A stretch of 64,000 nt of DNA from Vulcanimicrobiota bacterium (GTDB taxonomy: Bacteria > Vulcanimicrobiota > Vulcanimicrobiia > Vulcanimicrobiales > Vulcanimicrobiaceae), in contig CAWETW010000005.1 of assembly GCA_963812155.1 (NCBI GenBank), forward strand, positions 21,734 through 85,733, read 5' to 3'. This document shows, piece by piece, positions 24,098 to 33,250 of the stretch. A program made the position numbers and the translations under genes. The notes under the pieces are model-generated. The model saw only the letters and a program-made list of their open reading frames with translations, searched no databases and was not told where the DNA came from. Position 1 is the first letter of the stretch. Each line of letters opens with the position of its first letter.

Positions 24098-25471
24098 ATG
24101 AAACGCATCTCTGGAATCGCGGCAGCCGCCGTCGCCGGTTTCCTCATAGGAACGCTGCCGGCCGCCGCTCAGTATTCCAACGAGTTTTCGCCCGCGAAAC
24201 TCCTCAAACAAGGCAAAACCTCGGTCGACATCGCCGGCACGGGCATGGTCGTCGTCCAAGTTCAGGTCAACGCAGATGGCTCGCACAAGGCCATCAAAGT
24301 CATCAAGTCGACGAACCAGGGCGACAACGGCGCCGCGATGGACATCGCACAGAACTCATCGTACCGGCCCGCTCATCGCGGCACGACGCCGGTGACCGCG
24401 TTTTACGATTTCACGCTGAAGTTCAACGGCAAGTCGGTTGCCAACGCGGAATCCGACAGCGGCGGGGGAGGCGGCGGAAGCGGCTCGGACTCGAGCCTGA
24501 GCCCGGCCGCGCAATCGGTCGCCGCCCTGATCCGTCAAAAGAACTACAGTGGGGCGAAGTCGCGCGCGCAAGCGGATTTGATCTCCGCTCCCGACGACCA
24601 GTCGCTTCGACAGATGCTTGGCGTGGCCGCGTTCGATAGCGGCGACGTCTCGACCGCTGCCGCCGCGTTCGACAAGGTGCCCACCATCGGCAAGCAGTTT
24701 CAACCGGCGGCTGCGGCAAGCTTTGCGGCGGCTTCGGTTGCTGCGGTCGATCAGAATCCGCAACAGGCGCTCGCCTACGCGCAGAAGGCCGTCGCGCTGA
24801 ATCCCGACGCGAACTCGCGCTTTGCGCTGGGTACGGCCCAACTCGCCAACAAGCAGTTCGCCGACGCGGTCACGACCCTCAAAGCGGTGCGCGCTTCGGC
24901 GATGAACGATCCGAAGCTCTCCAAGTCGGCGAAGGTGAACATCGACGCCAGGCTGATGAGCGCGTATCTGGCCACCGGCGACTCCCAAAGCGCTGCGACC
25001 ATTGCTTCGGAAATCAAGCAGCTCGACCCAACCAGCACCTTGCCGGGCCGAGTGCTCGGCAACACCTATTTGAAGATGGGCGTCGACGCCGCAACGGCGC
25101 TGAAATACGACGACGCGTTCAAGTACTACGAGATGGCCGCCGCGCAGGGCGACGCCGAGGTCGCCGTCACAGCCGACACCGAAGCCGCGTTTCTCGTTAC
25201 GAAGACCCAGAAACCGGACTTTAAGAAGATGCAGGCCTATGCGGATAAAGCGATCGCTGCGAAGCCCGACGACGCGCAGGCAAACTTTGCCGAAGGCATC
25301 GCTTTGACGGGCCAATGGGCTCAAAGCCACGACGACGCCCAGAAGAAGAAGGCGCTCGACGCGCTCAATCACGCCGACTCGCTCGCGAAAACGGCGGGAA
25401 ACGAGGCGCTTGCGCTGTCGATCGAAACGTTCATCAAAAACAACCTCGCTGCGACCCCCGCCGCCCAATAG
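24098..25471 (+). CDS. exported TonB-C-terminal-domain + TPR protein
   Basis: Signal peptide; G.VVVQVQVNADGS...A..Y.PA..G.PV TonB-C pattern; Gly/Ser linker; Ala-rich TPR-like helices. Confidence 0.7.
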   Translation: MKRISGIAAAAVAGFLIGTLPAAAQYSNEFSPAKLLKQGKTSVDIAGTGMVVVQVQVNADGSHKAIKVIKSTNQGDNGAAMDIAQNSSYRPAHRGTTPVTAFYDFTLKFNGKSVANAESDSGGGGGGSGSDSSLSPAAQSVAALIRQKNYSGAKSRAQADLISAPDDQSLRQMLGVAAFDSGDVSTAAAAFDKVPTIGKQFQPAAAASFAAASVAAVDQNPQQALAYAQKAVALNPDANSRFALGTAQLANKQFADAVTTLKAVRASAMNDPKLSKSAKVNIDARLMSAYLATGDSQSAATIASEIKQLDPTSTLPGRVLGNTYLKMGVDAATALKYDDAFKYYEMAAAQGDAEVAVTADTEAAFLVTKTQKPDFKKMQAYADKAIAAKPDDAQANFAEGIALTGQWAQSHDDAQKKKALDALNHADSLAKTAGNEALALSIETFIKNNLAATPAAQ

Positions 25472-25579
25472 TATGAGGAAGCAAAAACGCACCAGGACTT
25501 TCCGCGAGGGTGGGCCAATGGGGGGGCCTCTGAGTCCATTGCGCGGCGAAACGTAGCGGAACGGGAGGAACTTAGCACC

Positions 25580-26251
25580 GTGTTTTCCGGATTTATCGGT
25601 CTCATGCAACAGGGCGGCTGGGATATGTGGCTGCTCCTGTTAATCTCGATCGTCGGCTTGGCGGTCGCAATCGAGCGCCTCGTTTTCTTCTGGTCGCAGC
25701 ACGGCGATTCGAAGGGGCTTTTGCGGCAGATCGGCCAGAAAATCGCTGCCGACGATCTCGACGGCGCGATCAAGATCTGCAGCGCGCAGAAGGGCATGCT
25801 CCCGCGCATCCTCGAGTTCGGCTTGCGCCGCGGCGAGAAGAATCGCGCCGACATTACCGACGCGCTCTCGATCGCGCTGATGGAGCACCTGAACTCACTG
25901 GAGCGCAACCTTGCGATCATCGGCACGATCGCCGTCATCGCGCCGTTCGTCGGCCTGTTCGGAACCGTGCTCGGCATCATCAAGGCCTTCCAAGACATCG
26001 CGCTCAAAGGCAACTCTACGCCGGCCGTCGTCGCGGCGGGCGTGTCGGAAGCGCTGATTACAACCGCCAGCGGTCTGATCATCGCGGTCATCGCGGTCGT
26101 GTTCTTCAACTACTTCAAGTCGCGCATCAAGAACTACAACCAAGAGATGATCGTCGCCGCGAATCAGCTGGCCGAAATGCTGCACTTCCACAATACCGGC
26201 TCGCCGATCCCGACCGACCTCTACCAGCCGCCGGCCGCCGCAAAAAAGTAA
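25580..26251 (+). CDS. exbB: MotA/TolQ/ExbB proton channel protein
   Basis: GGW.MW, APFVGLFGTVLGII.AF, GVSEALITTA.GL. Confidence 0.9.
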   Translation: MFSGFIGLMQQGGWDMWLLLLISIVGLAVAIERLVFFWSQHGDSKGLLRQIGQKIAADDLDGAIKICSAQKGMLPRILEFGLRRGEKNRADITDALSIALMEHLNSLERNLAIIGTIAVIAPFVGLFGTVLGIIKAFQDIALKGNSTPAVVAAGVSEALITTASGLIIAVIAVVFFNYFKSRIKNYNQEMIVAANQLAEMLHFHNTGSPIPTDLYQPPAAAKK

Positions 26252-26274
26252 GCGGCTGACGCGGAGGCACGACG

Positions 26275-26688
26275 ATGGGACTGCTCTCGGCGAAACAAGA
26301 CGAAGAGGTGATGGCGGAGATCAACATCACGCCGTTTACCGACGTCTTGCTCGTGTTGCTCATTATCTTCATGATTCTCGCCGCGCTGGTGGCTCCGCCC
26401 GGCTTCGAAAAGGAGCTGCCCAACAAGAACTCCCAGAATCAGGCGCAGCAGAACAAGAACAAGAACGACATCGAAGTCGACGTCAACAACAAGGGCGTCA
26501 TCTTCGTCGACGGCACGAAAGCCAACGAGCAGAGCATCTATCCCGCTATGCAGGCAGCCGCGAAAAAGAAGCCCAACCATCACGTCGCCATCGTCGCCGA
26601 CGCCAAGGCTCCGTACGGCATCATCATCCGAATTCTCGACGCCGCCAAGATCGCCGGTCTTGAGGACGTCGGATTCGTTACGTCTTAA
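26275..26688 (+). CDS. exbD: ExbD/TolR family protein
   Basis: EINITPFTDVLLVLLIIFMI, AD..APYG. Confidence 0.9.
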   Translation: MGLLSAKQDEEVMAEINITPFTDVLLVLLIIFMILAALVAPPGFEKELPNKNSQNQAQQNKNKNDIEVDVNNKGVIFVDGTKANEQSIYPAMQAAAKKKPNHHVAIVADAKAPYGIIIRILDAAKIAGLEDVGFVTS

Positions 26689-26718
26689 CGCGCGAGCAGG
26701 ACGGAGGAGTTAAAGAAC

Positions 26719-27144
26719 GTGGCCGTTTCGACAGGTGGAGGCGAAGATGAGGTGATGTCGACGATCAACATCACGCCGTTTACCGACGTGCTGTTGGTGT
26801 TGCTCATCATCTTCATCATCCTGGCATCGGTAACCAAAGAGCCGAAGCTGCCGGACGCCTACAACAAGGACAAAGTGCAGCCGTCGCAGATCCTCGTGCG
26901 CATCGACGAGAAGAACAATATCTCGATCGGTTCGAATCAGGTCAACATCGCCGACGCGAAAACGGCATTTGCGCAACTCCAGCAACAAACCGACTACAAA
27001 TTCAAGAGCGTCATCATCAAAGCCGACCCGAAGACGGCTTACGGCGTCATTCTCCAGGTCATGGACGCGGCGAAGTCGGTAAACCTGACCGACTTCGGTT
27101 TGGCCAACCACGTGCAGGGCACGCCCGAGGGACAGACTCAGTAA
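26719..27144 (+). CDS. exbD: ExbD/TolR family protein (second copy)
   Basis: INITPFTDVLLVLLIIF, KAD..YG..QVMD. Confidence 0.9.
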   Translation: MAVSTGGGEDEVMSTINITPFTDVLLVLLIIFIILASVTKEPKLPDAYNKDKVQPSQILVRIDEKNNISIGSNQVNIADAKTAFAQLQQQTDYKFKSVIIKADPKTAYGVILQVMDAAKSVNLTDFGLANHVQGTPEGQTQ

Positions 27145-27148
27145 CTCC

Positions 27149-27917
27149 ATGGCGCAGACACCAAAACCAGGCGCGAAGAAACCGGCGCCGCCGCCGCCGA
27201 GAAAGTCTCGCTACATCACGACGAGCGAGCGCGTCGGCAGCTTCATCGGCTGGGCGATCGTCATTTCGCTGTTAATTCATTTTGGGGTCGGCGCGTTCTT
27301 ACCGAATCTCGCCAACCAACACGAGAACAACGAAGTCGAAAAAGTCACCATGGCCAAGAAGACGAAGGTGCGCGTGCCAACCCCGCCGCCGAAGCCGACG
27401 CCGACGCCGCCGCCCACTCCGACGCCGAATCCGCAGAACACGCCGCCGCCGAAGAAACCGGTCCAACAGCCGAAAGCGCTGAAGGTCAATCTCGTCAAAA
27501 CGACGAGCAACACGGCGGGTGGATCGACGGAGAATACGGTGAGCCAGCCGAAAAACGGCTCCCAGCAAGGCGTCCCCAACGGCACCGGAAACGCGACCTC
27601 CGCGCCGGCCGAAACGCCAAAGCCGGCGTGCGCGAATCCCAACGTCGAGGCGACGGTGACCAACGCCGTGCAGCCCGACTACCCGGAGTCCGCGCGCGAT
27701 CTGGGGCTCGGCGCCGTTTCGGTAGAGGTCGAAGTCACGGTTGGACCATCGGGCAACCTCATCTCGGCAAGCGTGTACAAGAGTGCGAGCAACATGGCGA
27801 TCGACCAGGCGGCGCTGCGCGCGGCGCGCCAATCCGCCTACTCGCCCAAGCTCATCAATTGCCAGCCGACGACGGGAAATTATCTTATTCCGCGCCGACT
27901 TCCAACCCGACACGTAG
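27149..27917 (+). CDS. tonB: energy transducer TonB (probable 1-nt indel near 27885)
   Basis: TM with SLLIH, Pro-rich linker, PDYPESAR..G.V.V.V.V..SG..D.AAL.AA; corrected end GNYLFRADFQPDT*. Confidence 0.85.
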
Positions 27918-28016
27918 AAAGGCCTGATTTTCCCCAACTCGTTGTCGCGAGCGCCTCATTTGCCGTAGCAAACTTCGGCGCTCGGCTCCTAGATTTGGTG
28001 AAAATCGGCCCTTTTT
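27918..28016. terminator. ~100-nt nested inverted repeat ending in a T-run (terminator-like)
   Basis: AAAGGCC/GGCCCTTTTT, GATTTT/AAAATC, GAGCGCC/GGCGCTC and TTTGC/GCAAA arms. Confidence 0.55.
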
Positions 28017-28031
28017 AAGCTGAAGAACTCT

Positions 28032-28653
28032 ATGCGCTCTCAATCGCACCAAGCGGTTTCTCATTGCGGCATTTGCGATTTCGCTGCTGGTGCATCTGCT
28101 GTTCGCGTTGCTCGCGCGTCCCTGGCGCGGTCGCGAAGAGAACCAGGTCGAGGTCGTTTCGATTCAGCGCCGGCCGGTTGCAATGACGAGGCTGCAAACG
28201 CCACCGCCTCCCAAGGCAACGCCGAAGCCGCATCCGTCACCGGTGGTCCGGCCGGCGACCGCCCAGCCGAACTCGACGCCGGGACAAGCCGCCGGAAATG
28301 GCGCGGGTGAGGCCACCGCCGCCCCCGTGGCTGCGCCGACGCCGCAACCGACGCCGGCGGGGAACGCCTGCGCGCGCAACGATCTCGAAGCCGCCGTCGC
28401 AGAGAATCCACCGCAGCCGGAGATTCCGACCGCCGCGCGCGCCGACGCAACCAGCGGCGTGGCGGCGGTCGACGTGAAGCTCGACAGCCGCGGCGAGGTA
28501 ACCGGCGCGGCGGTTTCGCAGAGCACCGGAAACTCGTCGCTCGATTTGGTCGCGGTCTCGATGGCGCGCGGCGCCCGCTATACGCCGGCGTTGCACTTAT
28601 GCAAGCCGGTCGCGAGCGCGTACACGTATCGCGTGCGATTCTATGCGTGGTGA
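28032..28653 (+). CDS. second TonB-family protein (frameshift near 5' end)
   Basis: FAISLLVHLL TM, Pro-rich linker, TonB-C domain (VDVKLDSRGEV..STGNSSLD..A). Confidence 0.8.
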
Positions 28654-28710
28654 CGCCGGCGAGCGGCACGTTGCGGGACCTCGTCGCCGCCTGGGCGTAA
28701 CGGATGCGCC

Positions 28711-29556
28711 GTGACGTTTACTCAAGCGATCGTTCTCGCGCTGCTGCAAGGCGTGAGCGAACTCTTTCCGGTTTCCAGCCTCGGACACACGATTCTCGTT
28801 CCGGCCGTGTTGGGCTGGCGCAACATCGACCGCGCCGCGCCGTCGTTTCTCAGTTTCGTCGTCGTGCTTCATCTCGGAACGGCGATCGCGCTGATCGTTT
28901 TCTATCGCGCGCAGTGGGCGGCTATCGTGCGCGCCCTCGCTCGCAGCGTCGTGCGCGGACGGCTGGGCGACGACCGTGACGAGCGCATCGGATGGCTGCT
29001 CGTGGTCGGCACTATTCCGGTGGGTATCTTAGGCGTGCTGCTCGAGCATCCGGTGCGCAACCTCTTCGGCTCGCCTGCGCCGGCAGCGGCGTTCCTTTTC
29101 TTGAACGGGCTCATCATGTTTCTCGGCGAGTTCCTGCGCCGGCGCCGGGCGCAGGGCCGTCCGTTGGAGAAACTCTCCTACGCCCAAAGCGTCGGAATCG
29201 GGTTGGCGCAGTCGGCGGCGCTGTTGCCGGGAATCTCGCGTTCGGGCGTTTCGATGGTGGCCGGTTTGCTTTGCGATCTCAACCACGAGGATGCCGCCCA
29301 CTACTCGTTTCTCTTGGCCACGCCGGTCATTTTGGCGGCGGCCGTCCTCGAAGTTCCCAAGCTGTTCGTGCCGGGCGCGCACGTCGTACTAATTCAAGCC
29401 ATCGTCGGTGGAATCGCCGCGGGCATCGCCGCCTACGCGTCGGTGGCGTTTCTCACCCAGTATTTCCGGTCGAACGACCTGCGCCCGTTCGGCTGGTATT
29501 GCGTCCTCGCGGGCGCGATCTGTTTCGTCTTGGCGCGTACGGGAGTCATTGCATAG
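28711..29556 (+). CDS. uppP: undecaprenyl-diphosphate phosphatase
   Basis: QGVSELFPVSSLGH, HLGT, PGISRSG, YSFLL. Confidence 0.95.
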   Translation: MTFTQAIVLALLQGVSELFPVSSLGHTILVPAVLGWRNIDRAAPSFLSFVVVLHLGTAIALIVFYRAQWAAIVRALARSVVRGRLGDDRDERIGWLLVVGTIPVGILGVLLEHPVRNLFGSPAPAAAFLFLNGLIMFLGEFLRRRRAQGRPLEKLSYAQSVGIGLAQSAALLPGISRSGVSMVAGLLCDLNHEDAAHYSFLLATPVILAAAVLEVPKLFVPGAHVVLIQAIVGGIAAGIAAYASVAFLTQYFRSNDLRPFGWYCVLAGAICFVLARTGVIA

Positions 29557-29747
29557 TGCGAATCCTCGCTTTCGTTCTCGCGGCCGTTTTCTTCGTCGTC
29601 GGCATTCTCTACGGCATGGGCAAGATCAACTGGCTGACGGAGTCCGGGCCGCAACACACGCACCACGTCACGCACCTCATCGTGTTTTGGTTCCTGGCGC
29701 TGCTCTGTCTGATCTGGGCGCGATTCCAGAGCGCGCCGTCGCGTTGA
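29556..29747 (+). CDS. small 2-TM membrane protein with a His-rich loop (63 aa)
   Basis: TAG/GTG overlap with uppP and TTGA overlap with moaC; loop QHTHHVTH. Confidence 0.65.
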   Translation: MRILAFVLAAVFFVVGILYGMGKINWLTESGPQHTHHVTHLIVFWFLALLCLIWARFQSAPSR

Positions 29748-30238
29748 CCAAGCTCTCGCACCTGACGCCGGCCGGCGAACTCGCCATGGTCGACGTGTCG
29801 GCAAAACCGGAAACGTCGCGCAGCGCGCGGGCGGAGGCGTTCGTGCGCATGAGTGTGCCGGCGCGCCGCGCGCTGACCAAGGCGGCGTTGCCCAAGGGCG
29901 ACGCATTCGTCGCCGCACAACTGGCGGGCATCATGGCCGCGAAGCAGACGCCGTCGCTGATTCCACTCGCCCACCCGCTGCCGCTTTCGCACGTGGACGT
30001 GCGATTCGAATGGACCGGCGGTGCGCTGCGCATCGAAAGCGAAGCGCGAACGGTCGCGGCGACGGGCGTCGAAATGGAGGCGATGGTGGCGGCGTGCGTG
30101 GCGGCGCTCACCGTGTACGACATGTGCAAGAGCCTCGACAAGGGGATCGTCGTCGAAAACGTTCGGCTGGTGGAGAAGCGCGGCGGCAAGAGCGGGACGT
30201 GGCGGCGCGGCGCACGCCGAAAGAGCGCGCGTGTTTAG
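29744..30238 (+). CDS. moaC: cyclic pyranopterin monophosphate synthase
   Basis: LSH, MVDVSAK, KGD, AGIMAAK.T..LIPLAH, TGVEMEA, YDMCK. Confidence 0.95.
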   Translation: MTKLSHLTPAGELAMVDVSAKPETSRSARAEAFVRMSVPARRALTKAALPKGDAFVAAQLAGIMAAKQTPSLIPLAHPLPLSHVDVRFEWTGGALRIESEARTVAATGVEMEAMVAACVAALTVYDMCKSLDKGIVVENVRLVEKRGGKSGTWRRGARRKSARV

Positions 30239-30710
30239 AGCCGCGCTCATCGTCCTCTCCGACCGCGCCGCGCGCGGCGAGCGCGCCGACGGCTGCATCG
30301 CGGTGATGCGCGAGAAACTTGGCGCCGTCTACGAGATCGTACGCGAAAAAATCCTCGCCGACGATGCGGCGGCACTGCAAGCCGAACTCATCGACCTTGC
30401 CGACTCCGTCGCCGCCGATCTGATTCTCACCAGCGGCGGCACGGGATTATCGCCGCGCGATCGGACGCCTCAGGCGACCGCCGCAATCCTCGACTACCAG
30501 GTTCCGGGAATCGCCGAGGCCATTCGCGCGCACTCCTTAGCGTTGGTAAAGACGGCGATGCTGTCGCGCGCGCTCGCCGGTGTGCGTCATCGAACGCTCA
30601 TCGTCAACCTCCCAGGGAGCCCCAAAGCGGTCGCGGAGTCTTTGGACGTCGTGCTTTCCGTATTGCCGCATGCGCTCGAACTTTTAGCCGACCGGGTGGT
30701 TGACGGGTGA
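30231..30710 (+). CDS. mog: molybdopterin adenylyltransferase MogA/MoaB
   Basis: LSDR, GGTGLSPRD.TP.AT, SRA.AG, NLPGSPKA. Confidence 0.9.
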   Translation: MFRAALIVLSDRAARGERADGCIAVMREKLGAVYEIVREKILADDAAALQAELIDLADSVAADLILTSGGTGLSPRDRTPQATAAILDYQVPGIAEAIRAHSLALVKTAMLSRALAGVRHRTLIVNLPGSPKAVAESLDVVLSVLPHALELLADRVVDG

Positions 30711-32050
30711 ATCCCTTCTCGAACTTCGACGCGGCCGACGCCTACATGCTCGGAACGATCGACGAGACCGTTTCGCGCCGGACGTCCTACAAACTCGACC
30801 GCATGCGCGCGTTTTTGCGCGAGTTAGGCGACCCGCACCGGCAATATCCGGCGATTCACGTCGGCGGAACGAGCGGAAAAGGCTCGACGTGCACGATGAT
30901 CGCGGCGGTGCTGCGCGCCGCCGGCAAGCGAACGGGACTGCACACGAAGCCGCACCTCCACCGAATGACCGAACGCGCGCGTATCGACGGGATCGCCATT
31001 GCGCCCGAGCGCTTCGCGCGGCTTCTCGGTGAAATGATGCCGGCCATCGAGCGCGTCGCCGGCGAATTCGGACGTCCGACGTATTACGAAACCCTCCTGG
31101 CGCTATCGTTCGCTCACTTCGCGGCCGAACGCGTCGACGTGGCGGTGATCGAAGTCGGGCTCGGCGGCCGGCTCGACGGCACGAACGTCCTGCAGCCGGA
31201 AGTTACGGCCATCACCTCGATCGGCTACGACCACACCGACGTGCTCGGCGAGACGCTCGAAGAGATCGCGCGCGAAAAAGCCGGTATCGCGCGCGCCGGC
31301 GTGCCGTTCGTCGTCGGTCCCGTGCCGCCGGCGGCGCTGGGCACGTTGAGCCAATGCGCGCTCGCGACCGGCGCGCCGCTGGTGCGCGTCACCGACGTCG
31401 TCGACGTCGAGCCGGCTTCCGCGCGCCCGCCCTACGCTCAAGCGCTCAGCGCGCGTACCGCCTCGGCGCGCTACGCCATCGATCTGCCCGTGCACGGCCT
31501 CTTCCAAATCACGAACGCCGCAACCGCAATCGCCGTGCTCGAGCGATTGCCGCCGTCGCTGCGTCCGACTGCGCGCAGCGTCGAGCGCGGGCTCGCGCAC
31601 GTCGTGATTCCGGGTCGCATGGAGATCTTCGCCGGCGCACCGCCGTGCGTTCTCGACATCGCGCACAACGAAGAAAAAGCGCGCAGCCTGGTCGCATCGC
31701 TGCGCGAAGCGTTCGGCGGCACGCGTCTCCACTACGTCGTGGCGATCGGCGAAAGCAAAAACACGCGGCAAATCATTGCAACGCTGGCCGAGTTGCCGGC
31801 AACCTTTACGTTTACCGCCTTCGACGTCATTGGGCGCCACGCCACGGATCCGCGCGAACTCGTTTCGGTCGCAACCGACCTCGGCATCGCCGCGCGCGCC
31901 GTCGAGGATCCGTTCGAGGCGTTCGCCACGGTCTGCCGCGATGCGACGCCCGACGACTTAGTGGTGGTCACCGGATCGACGTTCGTGGTTGCCGCATTGC
32001 GCGAAGCGCTGCTCGGCGGCGTCGCGGACGCAGTCGAATCCAGTGCGTAA
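30707..32050 (+). CDS. folC: folylpolyglutamate/dihydrofolate synthase
   Basis: HVGGTSGKGST, EVGLGGRLDGTN, DHTDVLG, EKAGI, PGRME, D.AHN. Confidence 0.95.
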   Translation: MNPFSNFDAADAYMLGTIDETVSRRTSYKLDRMRAFLRELGDPHRQYPAIHVGGTSGKGSTCTMIAAVLRAAGKRTGLHTKPHLHRMTERARIDGIAIAPERFARLLGEMMPAIERVAGEFGRPTYYETLLALSFAHFAAERVDVAVIEVGLGGRLDGTNVLQPEVTAITSIGYDHTDVLGETLEEIAREKAGIARAGVPFVVGPVPPAALGTLSQCALATGAPLVRVTDVVDVEPASARPPYAQALSARTASARYAIDLPVHGLFQITNAATAIAVLERLPPSLRPTARSVERGLAHVVIPGRMEIFAGAPPCVLDIAHNEEKARSLVASLREAFGGTRLHYVVAIGESKNTRQIIATLAELPATFTFTAFDVIGRHATDPRELVSVATDLGIAARAVEDPFEAFATVCRDATPDDLVVVTGSTFVVAALREALLGGVADAVESSA

Positions 32051-32903
32051 CACTCCATCGCGCGAGCGCGGATCGCTGCGCGTTCGCGGCGCCGACTTCC
32101 AGTGGGGTGCGCGCACCTACGTCATGGGCATCGTCAACGTCACGCCGGATTCGTTCTCCGGCGACGGCGAAAGCGGCACCGAAGCGGCGACGGCACATGC
32201 GCTCCGCCAACACGCCGCGGGCGCCGACCTGCTCGACGTCGGCGGCGAGTCCACGCGCCCAGGTCACCAGCCGGTCGGCGCCGAGGTCGAAATCGAGCGC
32301 GTCGTGCCGGTCATTCGCGCGTTGCGCCGTTGCTTACCTGAGACGCCGATTTCGATCGACACGTATAAATCCGAGGTGGCACGCGCCGCCCACACGGCGG
32401 GCGCCGACATCGTCAACTCCGTCTGGGGTTCCCCCGGCGATTTGCTCGACGCCGCCGCCGAACTCGAGATGCCGATCGTCGCGACCCACAATCGTACCCA
32501 AGCCGGCGAGGGAGGCGACGTCGTCGCTGCGGTCGTGGAGTTTTTGACCGAGTGCGCGCGGCGCGCGCGCGCGCGCGGCATTCCCGACGCACGGATATTG
32601 CTCGACCCCGGCATCGGATTCGGAAAGACCGCCGACGAGAATATTCGCGTGTTGAGGTGCCTCGGCGAAATCACGGCGATCGGATTGCCGACGCTGCTCG
32701 GCGTCTCGCGCAAGAGCACGATCGGAAAACTGACCGGCCGGCAACCGCGCGATCGCGCGTACGGCAGCGTTGCCGCAGCCGCGCTCGCGGTGCAAGCGGG
32801 CATCGACGTCGTGCGGGTTCACGACGTCGCCGCCGCGCGCGACGCGATGGCCGTCGCCGATGCGATCGTCCGCGATTGGAGACCGCCGGAATGGATCGGA
32901 TAA
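32043..32903 (+). CDS. folP: dihydropteroate synthase
   Basis: MGIVNVTPDSFS, GGESTRPG, SIDT, DPGIGFGK, SRKS, RVHDV. Confidence 0.96.
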   Translation: MRNTPSRERGSLRVRGADFQWGARTYVMGIVNVTPDSFSGDGESGTEAATAHALRQHAAGADLLDVGGESTRPGHQPVGAEVEIERVVPVIRALRRCLPETPISIDTYKSEVARAAHTAGADIVNSVWGSPGDLLDAAAELEMPIVATHNRTQAGEGGDVVAAVVEFLTECARRARARGIPDARILLDPGIGFGKTADENIRVLRCLGEITAIGLPTLLGVSRKSTIGKLTGRQPRDRAYGSVAAAALAVQAGIDVVRVHDVAAARDAMAVADAIVRDWRPPEWIG

Positions 32904-33250
32904 GACTCTCCGGCATTCGCGTTTTCGGACGCCACGGCGTCACCGCCGGGGAGCGCGCCGGCGCGCAACCGTTCGACGTGGATCTGATCGTCGAATGCGA
33001 TCTTTCGGGCGCGTCGCGCGACGACGAGATTGCGAAGACGATAGACTACGCGCGGCTGCACGAACGCGTCGTCGCGGCGGTGACCGGTACGTCGCACGCG
33101 CTGCTCGAGCGGCTGGCGCGCGGCATCCTCGACGCCGTCTTCGAAGACGCGCGCATCGCGGGCGCGGAGGTGACCGTCGCGAAACCGCGCGTGCTCGACG
33201 GTGCGACGCCGTCGGTGACGCTGGCGCGGCCGAACGACCGTCACACGTGA
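32891..33250 (+). CDS. folB: dihydroneopterin aldolase
   Basis: MDRIRL, GRHGV..E..Q.F.VD, TIDY, LLERLA, V.KP. Confidence 0.93.
   Translation: MDRIRLSGIRVFGRHGVTAGERAGAQPFDVDLIVECDLSGASRDDEIAKTIDYARLHERVVAAVTGTSHALLERLARGILDAVFEDARIAGAEVTVAKPRVLDGATPSVTLARPNDRHT

Noticed and set aside
27149..28018. TonB C-terminal extension to 28018
   Set aside because: Explained by a 1-nt indel; the extension runs through a hairpin, and the natural end is TAG at 27915-17.
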